The notes below the pieces were generated by a model. The model was not told the DNA's origin, did no database searches, and saw only the letters and a list, made by a program, of their open reading frames with translations. This document shows, in pieces, positions 11,201-23,209 of a DNA stretch of 64,000 nt. Within the stretch, counting starts at the first letter, position 1, and each line of letters begins with the position of its first letter. The position numbers and the translations under genes are program-made. Source of the stretch: Sphyrna mokarran (taxonomy: Eukaryota); assembly GCA_024679065.1 (NCBI GenBank), contig JAGIQG010000048.1, positions 248,001-312,000 of the forward strand. Direction: 5' to 3'.

Positions 11201-11519
11201 AAAAAGATTGCAATCAGGCAAGATGCAGAACCAGGCATATTGGTTCACCAGTATTTTATTCTGCTGTAATTTGCTTTTCTTTTGTTTTTCATTGACAGTG
11301 CACAAGACTTGATATCCATTTTCAATGCAGTCAGCAGAAGTAGATTTCAGATATCGCTTCTTCTTTTCCACTGTTCAAAACCTGATAGAGTTTGCATTTG
11401 TAGAAGGATGCAGAGATTTGTGTTCTGCCAGCTAGTTTCATCATTACTGCCCTTGACCAGTGCAATAAAAACTGAGCCCATGTCCCAATCCAATAAAAAC
11501 ATGGAGACGGTCAATTACA

Positions 11520-12330
11520 GAAGTAAAACTGCATCTAGTTTGATACAAACAGAGACAGATCTAAAATAATATAAACACAATTAACATCTAGTTTAATATA
11601 AACAGAAACATAAACCAGAACAGTGTCTAATTTAGTACAGATAATACATCCAATTTACTATGTGTAGAGACTTAAAATTCTACGTGCTAGATAAAAAGGG
11701 TCTAGTGGATGTGGCTTATCATATAAGCTGACACAGGCTACATTTACTGTAATATAAAGAGACTGGTTCAATCCCCATCAAATTTGTAGAGACAGTTTAC
11801 TGTCCCATCGAAAACTTACAGGACAGGAGTAACACGGGGTTAGCTGCGGAATTTCCCCTCTGCTCTGGCAAATGAATAACTCCCAAAGCAGGAATAGCAT
11901 GATTTGGATGCAAAGTGAATCGCCTTCAATTCAAACATTCCAAGAACAGTCTACTGTCTATAAACAGAGTGAAACTCCGTCTACAAATCTGTTCAAACAA
12001 TATTAAGGCAGAAAGGGCATGGACGCTCTTCTATGTAAAAACTCTCCTGCTCTCTCCCTTCAGAGATTCAGGAGGCAGGTTTCAATTAGCGTTAGGAATA
12101 GGGGAAAGAGCCGCCTGCACAGTTCCACAAAACACACCCAGGCCAGGTATGGCAGAGATTAGATACGGATTAAATCTTCCTTGACAAAGATGCATCAAAC
12201 GTCCGTAAGCCAAATACAATGAGTTGAGATGCAGAGTAAATATTCCTCTACTCTGTCAGGTCAAATACTCCAAGGACAGGGACAGCACTGGCTAAATATA
12301 GGGAAAAGTTCCACATTGAATCCTTACCAC
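11520..12330 (+). repeat. Degenerate tandem arrays: about 30-bp unit (TGATATAAACAGAGAC..TCTAGT) then about 65-bp unit (TGTCCCATCAAACA.TCCCAGGACAGG.ACAGCACGGG.TTAGATAC.GAGTAAA); related arrays at about 1400-1530, 20220-20720, 23540-23750, 28860-29040, 29800-30440 and mirrors
   Basis: Recurring motif cores at regular spacing. Confidence 0.6.
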
Positions 12331-13740
12331 CAGGTTAGAAGAAGAAGAAAATGTATCAAGCATTTCAAGATCATGGATTTCTCAAGAGATCTGTTTGAGT
12401 AATTCTCAGTCATAGATTGCAATTTATTGAATTACATTATTTTAGAAGCCTGTAACTCTGGCTGAGAGAAGACATTGGGCAGACGTGGACTTTATGCTGT
12501 GGAGTTAAGACAATGAACCATTTTGGAGAGACAGGACACAGACAGGAGAAAGACAGAGATAGAGATGAAACACGGGGAGATTTACAGGAACACATTTGCT
12601 GTGTCATTACATTTAGGATCAGAGGGATTATTCCTTAATTCTGAACATAGATATCATCATGATGTTTTTTTTCCTCACATAACTGATGAAGAAATAATGT
12701 TGAAAACAATCCTCACTGGAATCCGTTCATTGATTTGCATGGTTGTCTCTATTTCTGGGCTGTGTTGGTGGGGAAATATTTGCTGTGTTTTTATCAGTCA
12801 ACAATCTAATTCGGAATTTCTATTTTCGTATTTATTTACATAAATACCTCAGTGTTTACAATGAAATGTCCGGGACAACAAAACCAGATAAACCCTCACT
12901 TATTGATCAGTTTCAATTCAAAATTGTGGTTTATTTTAAGAATTTTAACGGTTGGTTCAAAATGAATCGAAACTTTTTGAACATTTATAACACCAGTTGC
13001 ATTTAATTCAAAGAAAATGATACATTCCATTTCAGAATTAGTTCTGAAAGTTCTGATGTCACAATTAATAAAGCATTTGTGAACAGCCAGATATTCCACT
13101 AAATGTTAATTTCATTGAGGATTTGATCTGTTTAAATTAGACAAGTTAAATTTTAAAAAAATCTGATGTCTGAAGTATTTCTGTCACAAATATTGATCAA
13201 ACTCACGTGAAGGAAGAGTAAAAAAATCTAATGTGCTTATCACTAAGAGATACAATTAGCTTTGCTGCCTCACAGGCGACAGGGAAGCGGGATCGATTCC
13301 AACACTGGGTGACTGTGTATGGTTTTCAAATTCTATCCATATCCATGTGGGTTTCCTCCGAGTGCTCCAGTTTCCTTTCACAGTCCCAGGATTTGCAGTT
13401 TAGGTGGATTGGCTGTGATAAATTGCCCCTTAGCTTCCAATGATGCGCAAAGTAGAATCATAGAATCCCTACAGTGCAGAAGGAGAACATTCATCAAGCC
13501 TGCACCAGTTACCCTGCAGAGCATCCTTCCCAGGTCCAGTGTAAATTGTCTTTGCTAAATTTCCTGTTAGTGTCCAATAATGTGTAGGTTTGGTGGATTA
13601 GCCTATGAATATGTGTGGTTGTCTGGATCTAATGAAGATTTGCCTAGGTGGGATGCTCTGCTGGAAAGCCCGCTGCAGGATTATTGGAATGAATGACCTC
13701 CCTGTTGAACTGTAGGGATTCTATGATTCCATGTTATTAC

Positions 13741-14041
13741 GATCTTAGCTTCATGTCACGCTATCTGTAACCCCCACGACTTGCCTGGGTTAGCAAAAAA
13801 CCTCACTTACTGTGCTGTCTGGAGACAATACACATCTCTCTAATCTGTGCGCAGTGCTCCTTCCACTCACATTGTCAGCCACTTTAAGACTTGAATAGCA
13901 GGTTAGATGTAAGGATTCACATTCTAATCAGCAATCTGTAACTGTCTATGCTGATATGTGTGCTATTGCAGACCAGAACACCTCATTCACCTGACGAAGG
14001 CACAAACACCGAAAGCTAGCAAGTTTACTATGAAATAAATC
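13741..14041 (+). mobile_element. Penelope-like retroelement 3' fragment (mirror about 53723-54023, minus)
   Basis: ORF end DLSFMSRY, then a 3' region with CACCTGACGAAGG..CCGAAAGCTAG..AAATAAA. Confidence 0.65.
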
Positions 14042-14063
14042 AGAATGACATTTATTTGGAAGT

Positions 14064-14421
14064 TAGAACATAGAACATTACAGCGCAGTACAGGCCCTTC
14101 GGCCCTCGATGTTGCGCCGACCAATGGAACCAATTTTATGACCCTCTATCCTAAAGTATTCCAATGCTATCCATCTGCCTATCCACTGACCATTTGAACG
14201 CCCTGAAACTTGGTGAGTCCACTACTGCTGTAGGCAGGGCATTCCATGCCCTTACCACCCTCTGAGTAAAGAACCCACCTCTAACATCTGTCCTAGAACT
14301 ACCACCCCTTAATTTAAAGCTATGTCCCCTCGTGTTAGCTTTCTCCATTCGAGGAAAAATGCTCTCACTATCCACCCTATCTAACCCTCTGATCATCTTA
14401 TACGCCTCAGTTAGATCACCA
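14064..14421 (-). mobile_element. CR1 LINE 3' fragment
   Basis: RT C-terminal peptide (TRGHSFKL..FFTQRVVRAWNALP) and (TTCTATG)n tail. Confidence 0.9.
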
Positions 14422-14954
14422 AATGGATCTACACAAATGGATCAATCCAATTTACCCATTTCTGTTACTGTTTAATCACAGTACAGTCCCTGAAAATATT
14501 GCTTGGAGTGAATACCATTTAAAACGTGTCTTTATTGTGGGAATCAAGTATTTATTGTGGGACTGGTTAAGTCCCATTTTATCCCTACATGTCCACGTTA
14601 ATCCGTCCTACGCAGTATTTGGCTCCAGTCCAATTTGCTCCCAAATACGCCAAGATATTTACAAGAAGCATCCGATGCTGTTTGTTCAGTAAGTCGAAAA
14701 TCTGTTTCCTCAGTGCTGAGCGATTGGCTGCAATCAAACTTCAAACTCTCAGCATTGTCAATGGAGCCTATTTCTGAACAAATCTGCCTAGTAACAGTAC
14801 TGGAGCTAACTTAATGATTTTTTTAAATCTGGAAAGCTGATGCATGCTTTCCATTTCCTTGGGAAAAGAAAGGTATCCCGATTCTCTGGCACCTTGTTAG
14901 TAACAATGATTTCCCCAACCCAATACAACACTGGGATGGGAAATAATTACCGGC

Positions 14955-16018
14955 AAATTTTGGCTAGCAGATAGAAGACAGAGGGTGGTGGTTGATGGGA
15001 GATATTCATCGTGGAGTTCGGTGACAAGTGGTGTACCTCAGGGGTCTGTTTTGGGGCCCCTGCTGTTGTAATTTTTATAAATGATCTGGATGAGGGTATT
15101 GAAGGATGGATTAGTAAATTTGCAGATGACACTAAAGTCGTGGAGTGGTAGATAGTGAAGAGGGGTGTTATAGTTTGCAGAGAGACTTGGACAAGTTGCA
15201 GAGCTGGGCCGAGAGGTGGCAAATGGAGTTTAATGTGGAAACGTGTGAGGTAATGCACTATGGCAGAAATAATAAATGTGTAGAGTATAGGGCTAATGGT
15301 AGGATTCTTAGTAGTGTTGATGAACAGAGGGATCTTGGTGTGTATGTGCATAGATCCCTGAAAGTAGGCAGTCAAGTCGAGAAGGTGGTTAAGAAGGCAT
15401 ATGGAGTCTTAGCTTTTATTGGTAGGGGGATTGAATTTCGGAGCCGCAACGTCATGTTGAACTGTACAAAACTCTAGTGCGGCCGCACTTGGAGTATTGT
15501 GTGCAGTTCTGGTCCCCGCATTATAAGAAAGATGTGGAGGCTTTGGAGAGGGTAAAGAGGAGGTTTACCAGGATGTTGCCTGGTATGGAGGGCAGGTCTT
15601 ATGAAGAGAGGCTGAGGGATTTGAGGTTGTTTTCGTTAGAAAGGAGGCGGCTAAGAGGGGACCTAATCGTAACATATAAGATGATTAGAGGTTTAGATAG
15701 GGTGGACAGTGATAGCGTTTTTTCTAGGATGGAGAAAGCTAGCACGAGGGGACACAGCTTTAAATTAAGGGGTGATAGTTATAGGACGGATATCAGAGGT
15801 AGGTTCTTTACCCAAAGGGTGGTTCGGGAGTGGAATGCCCTGCCTGCCGCAGTTGTAGATGCGCCAGGTTTGGTGGCGTTTAAGAGGTTAGTTGATAAGT
15901 ATATGGAAGAGAAGGGATTGGTTTAGTTTGGAGGGTCATTGCTTTTTATATTGGTCGGCGCAACATCGAAGGCTGAAGGGCCTGTTCTGTGCTATAATGT
16001 TCTATGTTCTATGTTCTA
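14955..16018 (+). mobile_element. 5'-truncated CR1 LINE (RT domain to tail), frameshifted
   Basis: [30 protein letters not shown] motifs and (TTCTATG)n tail. Confidence 0.95.
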
Positions 16019-16276
16019 AATTGTGAGAGTTGATTCAGAGAGGTGATATATCTTATACTGTATAAACATTGTTGTGTTTTATTTCACTTTATTCTTCCAG
16101 GGGACGCGGGAGTCACTGGAAAGAACACCATTTGTTTCCTGTGCTAAATTCCTTTTCAGCTGAGTGGTGTGTGAGGGCATCTTAGAAGGCATTGTCTAGT
16201 TATGTACATGGCGGCCCATCTTGAGTTACAGCCCGCTGAGACATGTAGGGACGGCAGATTTCCTTCACTGGGGAAT

Positions 16277-16992
16277 CAGGAGGTGGAGAGGGACCTGGGG
16301 ATCCTTGTGCACAAATCACAAAAACCCAGTCTGCAGCTACAGCAGGTGATCAAGAAGGTGAATGGGATGGTGGCCTTTATTGCGAGGGGGATAGAATATA
16401 AAAGCAGGGAGGTCTTGCTGTAACTGTACAGGGCACTGGTGAGGCACCAACTGGAGAACTGTGTGCAGTTTTGGTCCCCGTGTTTGTGTAAGGATATATT
16501 GGCCTTGGAGGGAGTACAGAGAACATTCACCAGGCTGATATCGGAGATGAGGGGTTAGTTTATGAGGGGAGATTGAATAGACTGGGTCTGTACTCGTTAG
16601 AGAAGGTTGAGGGGGGATCTTATAGAGACTTACAAGGTAATGAAGTGGATGGATAGGGTAGAGGTAGAGAGATTCTTCCCGCTTAGAAAGGAAACCAGAA
16701 TTCGAGGGCACAGCCTCAAAATAAGGGGGGGTGGTTTAGATCAGAGTTGAGGAAGGAACTTCTTCACTCAGAGGATGGTGAATCTGGAATTCTCTGCCTG
16801 TTAAAGTGGCAGAGGCTCCCTCGCTGAATATATTTAAGTCACAGGTAGATAGGTTTCTGATAGACAAGGGAATTACGGGGAGAAAGCAGGAAAGTGGAAC
16901 TGATCCACTTCAGATCAGCCATGATCTTATTGAATGGTGGGACAGGCTCGAGGGGCTGGATGGCCGACTCCTGCTCCTATTTCTGATATTCT
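16277..16992 (+). mobile_element. CR1 LINE 3' fragment, second subfamily (mirror about 50768-51484)
   Basis: ERDLGILVHKSQK..FIARGIEYKSREVLL. 3' UTR GATCAGCCATGATCTTATTGAATGG..CTCCTGCTCCTATTTC. Confidence 0.9.
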
Positions 16993-18418
16993 AATGTCGC
17001 CTTTCTAGAGTAACAAAATCGCTCAACAGAACGTTACACAAATCAGTGAAGAATGAATCAATAAACAATATGGCAACTCAAATATTGTGAAAGTCACTGG
17101 ACAATTTGAAGCTTTAAATTATTTGTCAGAACCGTGTAAAAATCAATCTGGATTTTGAAGCTTCTATAAATTTATATTCGATAGAGATAGTTTCAGTCAT
17201 ACAGCCATTTTTAAAATGGTCACATACTCGTTATATATCAAGAGTTTCTGTGTGATGATGAGGTGATTACTTGTCAATAAAGTTCAGAGGCTGCTGGGTA
17301 GCTACTACTATTTTGTCCTGATTTCATTCAATCTCCCGCTGAATTCTGGGGCAGAAAAGCCAATGCATTTGAATCCTAATATCTTACGTTCAATATACTG
17401 CAATTAAATTGGCATCAGATAAAATATTGATAATAATTGGTGAAATATTAATTTATTTTTGTGAATTGAAGATTATTGGTAATATTGGCACCAGGCAATG
17501 ACCATTTGCAAAAATGAAAAGTCTACTCCTTGTCATATAATGATATTGTGACACTGAGTCACAGACTACAAACATCGCTGGGATACCATTGGCTGGCATT
17601 AGTTCGGTATGTGAATACTCCGGCTGCAATATCAGGTCAACATGCTGTGGGTAACTCACCTCCTGACTCCTCAAATCTCTGCACCACCTACGTGACACAT
17701 ATCAGGAGACTAAAATGGTTCTTTCCGCTTGTTTGAGTAAGTGCAGTTCGAACAACATTCAAAAATCTTCATTCCATTCAGGACAAAGCAACCGGTATAA
17801 CATTTGCAAATATTCTCTCCCTCCACCAGAGAGAATCATTATCTACAAGTTTCACTTCCAAACCTCATCAAGATTCCTCAGGCAGCACCTTCCAACCACG
17901 TGACAGTTACCATCTAGAAGGAACATGGTCACAGTTACTAGGGAATATCACCTATAAATTCCCCTCCCAGTCAGTTATATGCCTGATGTGGAACTATATC
18001 ATCCTTCCTTCATTGTCTTTGGATCAAATCCTAGAACTCCCTCTTAACAGGACGGTATGGGTGCCTACACCGCAGGATCTGCAGCAACTCAAGAAGGCAG
18101 CTTACCACCAGCTTACTAAACACAATTAGGGATAGGCAACAAATACTGACTTGGCCGGAAACACCCATATCCCTTCAATTAAAACGTCAATATATCAATG
18201 TTTATGATTGGATGATGACTAAAATTATGCATCTTTGAGAATGGATGGCAATTGATGGAAATAAACACCAACTTTCTGAACATATATGACCTTCGCACTT
18301 GTAGTTCTCCTTTCGCTCTGGACTCGGATCAATATCAGTTATTCCTCGATGAGACCAGGACCCTATTTAGACGGTACTTTCTGAGTTATAACAGTGCTGA
18401 ACTATATTTCAGTTAATA

Positions 18419-18705
18419 TGGGTGGCACGTTGGCACAATGATTATCACTGCTGTTTGACATCACCAGGGACCTGGCTTCACTTCCCAGCTATGGTGACTG
18501 TCTGTGTGGAGTCTGCCTGTTCTCCCTGTGGCTGCTGGTTCTATCCCTGTCCCCCGGTTTCCTCCCACAGTCCGAAGGACGTGCTGTTTAGGTGAATTTC
18601 GGCCATGCTACACTCTCCCTTAAATTCTACCCCAACAGCCGAGTAGGGGATTTTTACAGTAACTTAATTACAGTGTTAATGTCGGCCTAATGACACTGAT
18701 AAATA
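18419..18705 (+). mobile_element. V-SINE (HE1-like tRNA-derived SINE); mirror about 49056-49342
   Basis: tRNA-like head GGTGGCAC..GGCACAATG, then V-domain TCTGTGTGGAG..TTCTCCC..CCGGTTTCCTCCCACAGTCC..AAG. Confidence 0.8.
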
Positions 18706-18877
18706 AGCATCAAAACTTCAATCTGACTGCGTCTCAATTCCGACTGCATCAAAACATTTATGTGTGTGTGTACTAAACTGAAGCAAAATTCTTGCATTAC
18801 AAGTGTTTCGGGAACAGTATTGCTTGAACAGTTCATGAAATCAAATGCTCTCGATCTTGTTTTAGTTGGAGTTTGCT

Positions 18878-19305
18878 GTTTGAGGAACGGGTTGAGGATT
18901 CTGGGTCTGTACTCGTTGGGAGTTTAGAAGGATGGCGGGGGGATCTTATTGAAACTTCCAGGATCCTGCGAGGCCCTGGATGGAGCGGACACGGAGAGGA
19001 TGTTTCCATTAGGAGGAAAAACTCGAACCAGAGAGGGAACAACCTCAGGCTAAAGGGACGATCCTTTAAAACAGAGATGGGGAGGAATTTGTTCAGCCAG
19101 AGAGTGGGGAATGTGTGGAACTCTTTGCTGCAGAGGAGGCCGGGTCACTGAGTGTCTTTAAGACTGAGATAGATAGGTTCCTGATTAATAAGGGGATCAG
19201 GGAAAAGGCAGGAGAATGGGGGATGAGAAAAATATCAGCCATGATTGAATGGGGGAGCAGACTCGATGGGCCGAGTGGCCTCATTCTGCTCCTATGTCTT
19301 ATGGT
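18878..19305 (+). mobile_element. CR1 LINE 3' fragment (mirror about 48456-48883)
   Basis: RGDLIET..FSQRVGNVWNSL and the CR1 3' UTR. Confidence 0.85.
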
Positions 19306-19708
19306 ATGATCTTAAAGCTCCATCAGTCCATGTATGTGTTTATTTGACCCTGACTCTGCCCACATTTCATGCGACCAGGTCACTGTTATTAATGCACTGG
19401 ATTTTGCATTTGTTTGAATTATAGGCACATTAATCTACGTTTCTGTGAGAATAAGTTACTATGTTGTGCTAAAAACAATTGTATTCAGCAGGATCCTGAA
19501 ACAGAAACTATTGCATCGACAGTGCAGCCAGCGCAGGGTTTGATATCCACTTGCAATGCAGAATTGGATTTCTAGAGATCACTTGCTCCAGTGCCCAAGA
19601 CCAGTCTCCATCCGACAGAGTGGTGTCTGTAGGAGATCACAGAGAAATGTGTTCCCCAGCCATTTGTCACATTACTGCGCCTTGTCTAGAGCAGTAATAA
19701 CTGAGTCG

Positions 19709-20177
19709 TAAGAACATAAGAAATAGGAGCAGGAGTCGGCCATCCAGCCCCTCGAGCCTGACCCGTCATTCAATAAGATCAGGGCTGATCTGTAATGGTT
19801 CAGTTCCACTTTCCCGCTTTCTCCCCTTAACCCTTCATTCACTTGTCAATCAAAAACCTATCCACTCTTGAACATATTCAGTGAGGAAGACTCCACCACC
19901 TCATCAGGCAGAGAATTCCAAATAACCACCCTTTGCGTAAAGAAACTCCTCCTCAACTCCGATTTGAACCGCTCCCCTCCCCCTAATCTTGAGGCTGTGC
20001 CATCTAGTCCTGCTATCTTTGCTAAGCGGGAAGAGTCTCTCAACCTCTACCCTATCCATCCCCTTCATTATCTTATACGTCTCTATAAGATCCTCTCTCA
20101 GCCTTCTAAACTCCAAAGAGTACAAACCTAGCCTATTCAGTCTCTCCTCATAATCCTACGCCCTCATCTCCGGTATC
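19709..20177 (-). mobile_element. CR1 LINE 3' fragment (mirror about 47584-48052)
   Basis: YSLEFRRLREDLIETYKIMKG..FFTQRVVIWNSLP and tail. Confidence 0.9.
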
Positions 20178-21689
20178 CGTGTTCAATATGAAATAAACGT
20201 GGACGTAGTCAAGTGCAGATCTAAGACCGCATCCACTTTAGTAGAGAGACAGGTCTACATTAATAAAAGCAGAGTGTCTGTCGAGCTTAATAGAAACAGA
20301 TAAATGGTGGTGTGTCATATAAACAAAGACAGCATCTAATTTTGTATAAACATAGAGCATATCTAGTGTAATATGAACAGAGAAATATCTTCATTTAATA
20401 TAAACTGGCATAAAGATTAGTTAATTTAACATCAGCAGAGCAGGGTCACGGAGGAGTGTTATATAGAGACTGGGCCTAGTGTCCCATCAAACATTCCAAG
20501 CTCAGGCGCAGCATGTGTTTAGGTGCTGAGTGTTAAGCTCCCTCCACATTGCAATATTAAACGTTCCCGAGGCACGGGATAGATACGAAGTGAATCTCCA
20601 TCCCCACTGTCTCAATCTAATATTGGCTGTTGAGAAATAATCAAACTCTCCATTCAAACAGGTGGGTGGCCGGGACAGGACGGGTTAGATTTCCAGGGAA
20701 TGTCCAATATACACTTTGGAGAAAAGCTGCCCTGATATATTCCAATTAATTGAATTAGATCCATTTAGTTAGAAGCCTGTTGATTTGGCTGAGGGAATAC
20801 AATAACTGGAGCTTGACCTGATGTTGTTGAAAATGATCTATCGTGAGAGACAAGACAGAGAATCAGATAGGAGAAAAACACAGGGACATAAAACACAAGA
20901 AATCTCCACAAGTATATTTGCGGTGGCGTTCTATTTCGAGATTACAGGGAATCTTTCCCACAGAGATGATCATAGTCCTTTTTGTGTAAAATAACACATG
21001 AAAAAAAATGTCCAAGAAACGATCAGGATTGGAATCCGTTGATTTATATCCACGTTTGCCTATTTCTGTACTGTGTTGATGGAGAAATTTTTCTTGTGAT
21101 TTTTCTCAGTCAATAAATGTATTCTGGGATTGCTATTTCTCTGTTTATTTACACAAACGCCTCACTGGTTGGGTTGAAGTTTCACGACCGCAAAACCAGA
21201 TAAAGAGTCACTTTTCGATTCGTTTTAACTCAGAATAATGGTTTAATTTAAGTACATTGACAGTTGATTCAAAATGAAGAGAATCTTCCTGAATACCCAT
21301 TAGAGCAGGTGCTGTTTAATTCAAATAAAGAGATCCTTTCTAAATAAACATTTGTTCTGATGTCAAAATAAATAAAACATATTTGAACAGGTTGGTATTC
21401 CACTGAATGTCTAATTTGATTGACGATTTGATCTACTTAACTTGGACAAGTTAAAGCATCAGCCGCCGAGTGAGTACAATCTCAGAGCTTTCAACATATC
21501 AAATATTGTATTGTGTATTGGCAACATATGGAAAGAGCTTGCATTTAGTTCATGGAAATATAGAAACCATACATTGCAGAAGGAGGCCATGCAATCCATC
21601 ATGTTTGCATTGATAACAATCTCACCCAGGTTCTATCCCATTAACCCAATTCACCCTGTCAATCTCACTAACCTGTACATTCTAAGGCA

Positions 21690-21900
21690 CTAAGGGACAA
21701 TTTAGCAATCGGCCTAACCCGTTACATCTTTGCACTGTGGGAGGAAACCGGAGCATCTGGAGGAAACTTTGCCAACTTGTGTCGAATGTGTGAACTCTGC
21801 ACAGACAGGGGACCCCACGCTGGGAATCGAACCCAGGGCTCTGGAGCTCTAAGATAGCAGTGTGTCACCATGCCATCTCACTGTGCCACCGCGCCGTCCA
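21690..21900 (-). mobile_element. V-SINE (mirror about 45861-46071); further V-SINE pieces at about 13260-13435+, 22090-22310, 25230-25410-, 25820-25950+, 34320-34447- and mirrors
   Basis: GGCGCGGTGGCACAGTG..GGGTTCGATTCCCAGC..GCTCCGGTTTCCTCCCACAGT.CAAAGATGT. Confidence 0.8.
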
Positions 21901-22366
21901 CGTTTATATAACGCTTTCCCCGAACTCAGGTCGCGCCAAAGCATTTAAAACTCTCTGGTGTATTTTTGTTGAATTTATGCATTGCTGTAATATTGGGAAT
22001 GCAGGAAGTGTTCGTGGAACAACAGCCTCCCAAGTTTGATAAACAAACAGCAATTTTGTGATTTTGGATTGAAGAATGAATGGCCCACGGAGAGTTTAGC
22101 ATGGACAATGCACCTAACCAGCACATCTTTCCAGACGGTGGGAAGAAAGCGGAAGGAAACCTACACAAACTGTGGACAGGCAGTGGCCCAAGCTGGGAAT
22201 GGAGGCAGCAGTGCTAGCCACATGTCCCACCCTCATGTTATGGAGTCTGCACCTTCTCCCCGTGTCTATAAGGCTTTCTTCCGGGTTCTCCCACACACCC
22301 ACAGGTACACCTACCTAACTCCGATCTCAAATCTTCTTGCAAACGAAGGTCTTCATAATTGCTCTT

Positions 22367-23209
22367 CATAAGAACTAGGAGCAGGAGTCGGCTATCCAGC
22401 CCCTCGAGCCTGCCCCGCCATTCAATAAGATCATGGCTGATCTGAAGTGGATCAGTTCCACTTTCCCGCTTTCTCCCCGTAATTCCCTTGTCTATCAGAA
22501 AACTATCCACTCTCGACTTGAACATATTCAGTGAGGAAGCCTCCACCACCTCATCAGGCAGCGAATTCCAAAGATTCACCCCCCTTTGCGTGAAGAAACC
22601 CCTCCGCAACTCCAAATTGAACTGCTCCCTGCCCCTCTAATCTTGAGGCTGTGCTCTCTAGTCCTGCTATCTTTGCTAAGCGGGAAGAGTCTCTCAGCCT
22701 CTACCCTATCCATCCCCTTCATTATCTTATACGTCTCTATAAGATCCTCTCTCAGCCTTCTAAACTCCAAAGAGTACAAACCTAGCCTATTCAGTGTCTC
22801 CTCATAATCCAACGCCCCCATCTCCGGTATCAGCCGAGTAAACCTTCTCTGCACCTCCTCCAAGGCCAATATATCCTTCCTCGAATGTGGCGACCAAAAC
22901 TGCACACAGTACTCCAGCTGCGGCCTCACCAGTACCCTATACACCTACAACAGAACCTCCCTACTTTTATATTCGATCCCCCTCGCTATAAATGCCAACA
23001 TATCAGAGGGTGGTGAGTGAATGGAATCAGCTGCCGTCAGTGGCGGTAGAAGCGAACTCGCTGGGGTCTTTCAAGAGACTTCTGGATGAGTACATGGGAC
23101 TTAATGGGATTGGGAGTTTCAGATAGTTCTATGACCTGGTAGGTATAGATATGATCGGCACAACGTGTGGGCCGAAGGGCCTGTTTGTGCTGTAGTGTTC
23201 TATGTCCTA
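22367..23209. mobile_element. Two fused CR1 fragments of different subfamilies: 22367-23002 minus and 23004-23209 plus (mirror about 44552-45394)
   Basis: [22 protein letters not shown] on minus, abutting QRVVSEWNQLP..TTCTATG tail on plus. Confidence 0.88.

Noticed and set aside
11520-12330. CRISPR-like repeat-spacer array
   Set aside because: Degenerate eukaryotic tandem repeat with no constant repeat/unique spacer structure.
12733-12740. Perfect octamer ATTTGCAT (mirror 55024-55031)
   Set aside because: 5.7 kb from the V start, not kept in the paralogous unit near 21040, and expected by chance in this much AT-rich DNA.
21820-21900. Additional tRNA gene (GGTTCGATTCCC B box on minus strand)
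   Set aside because: Head of a V-SINE; no cloverleaf, and it continues into the V-domain.
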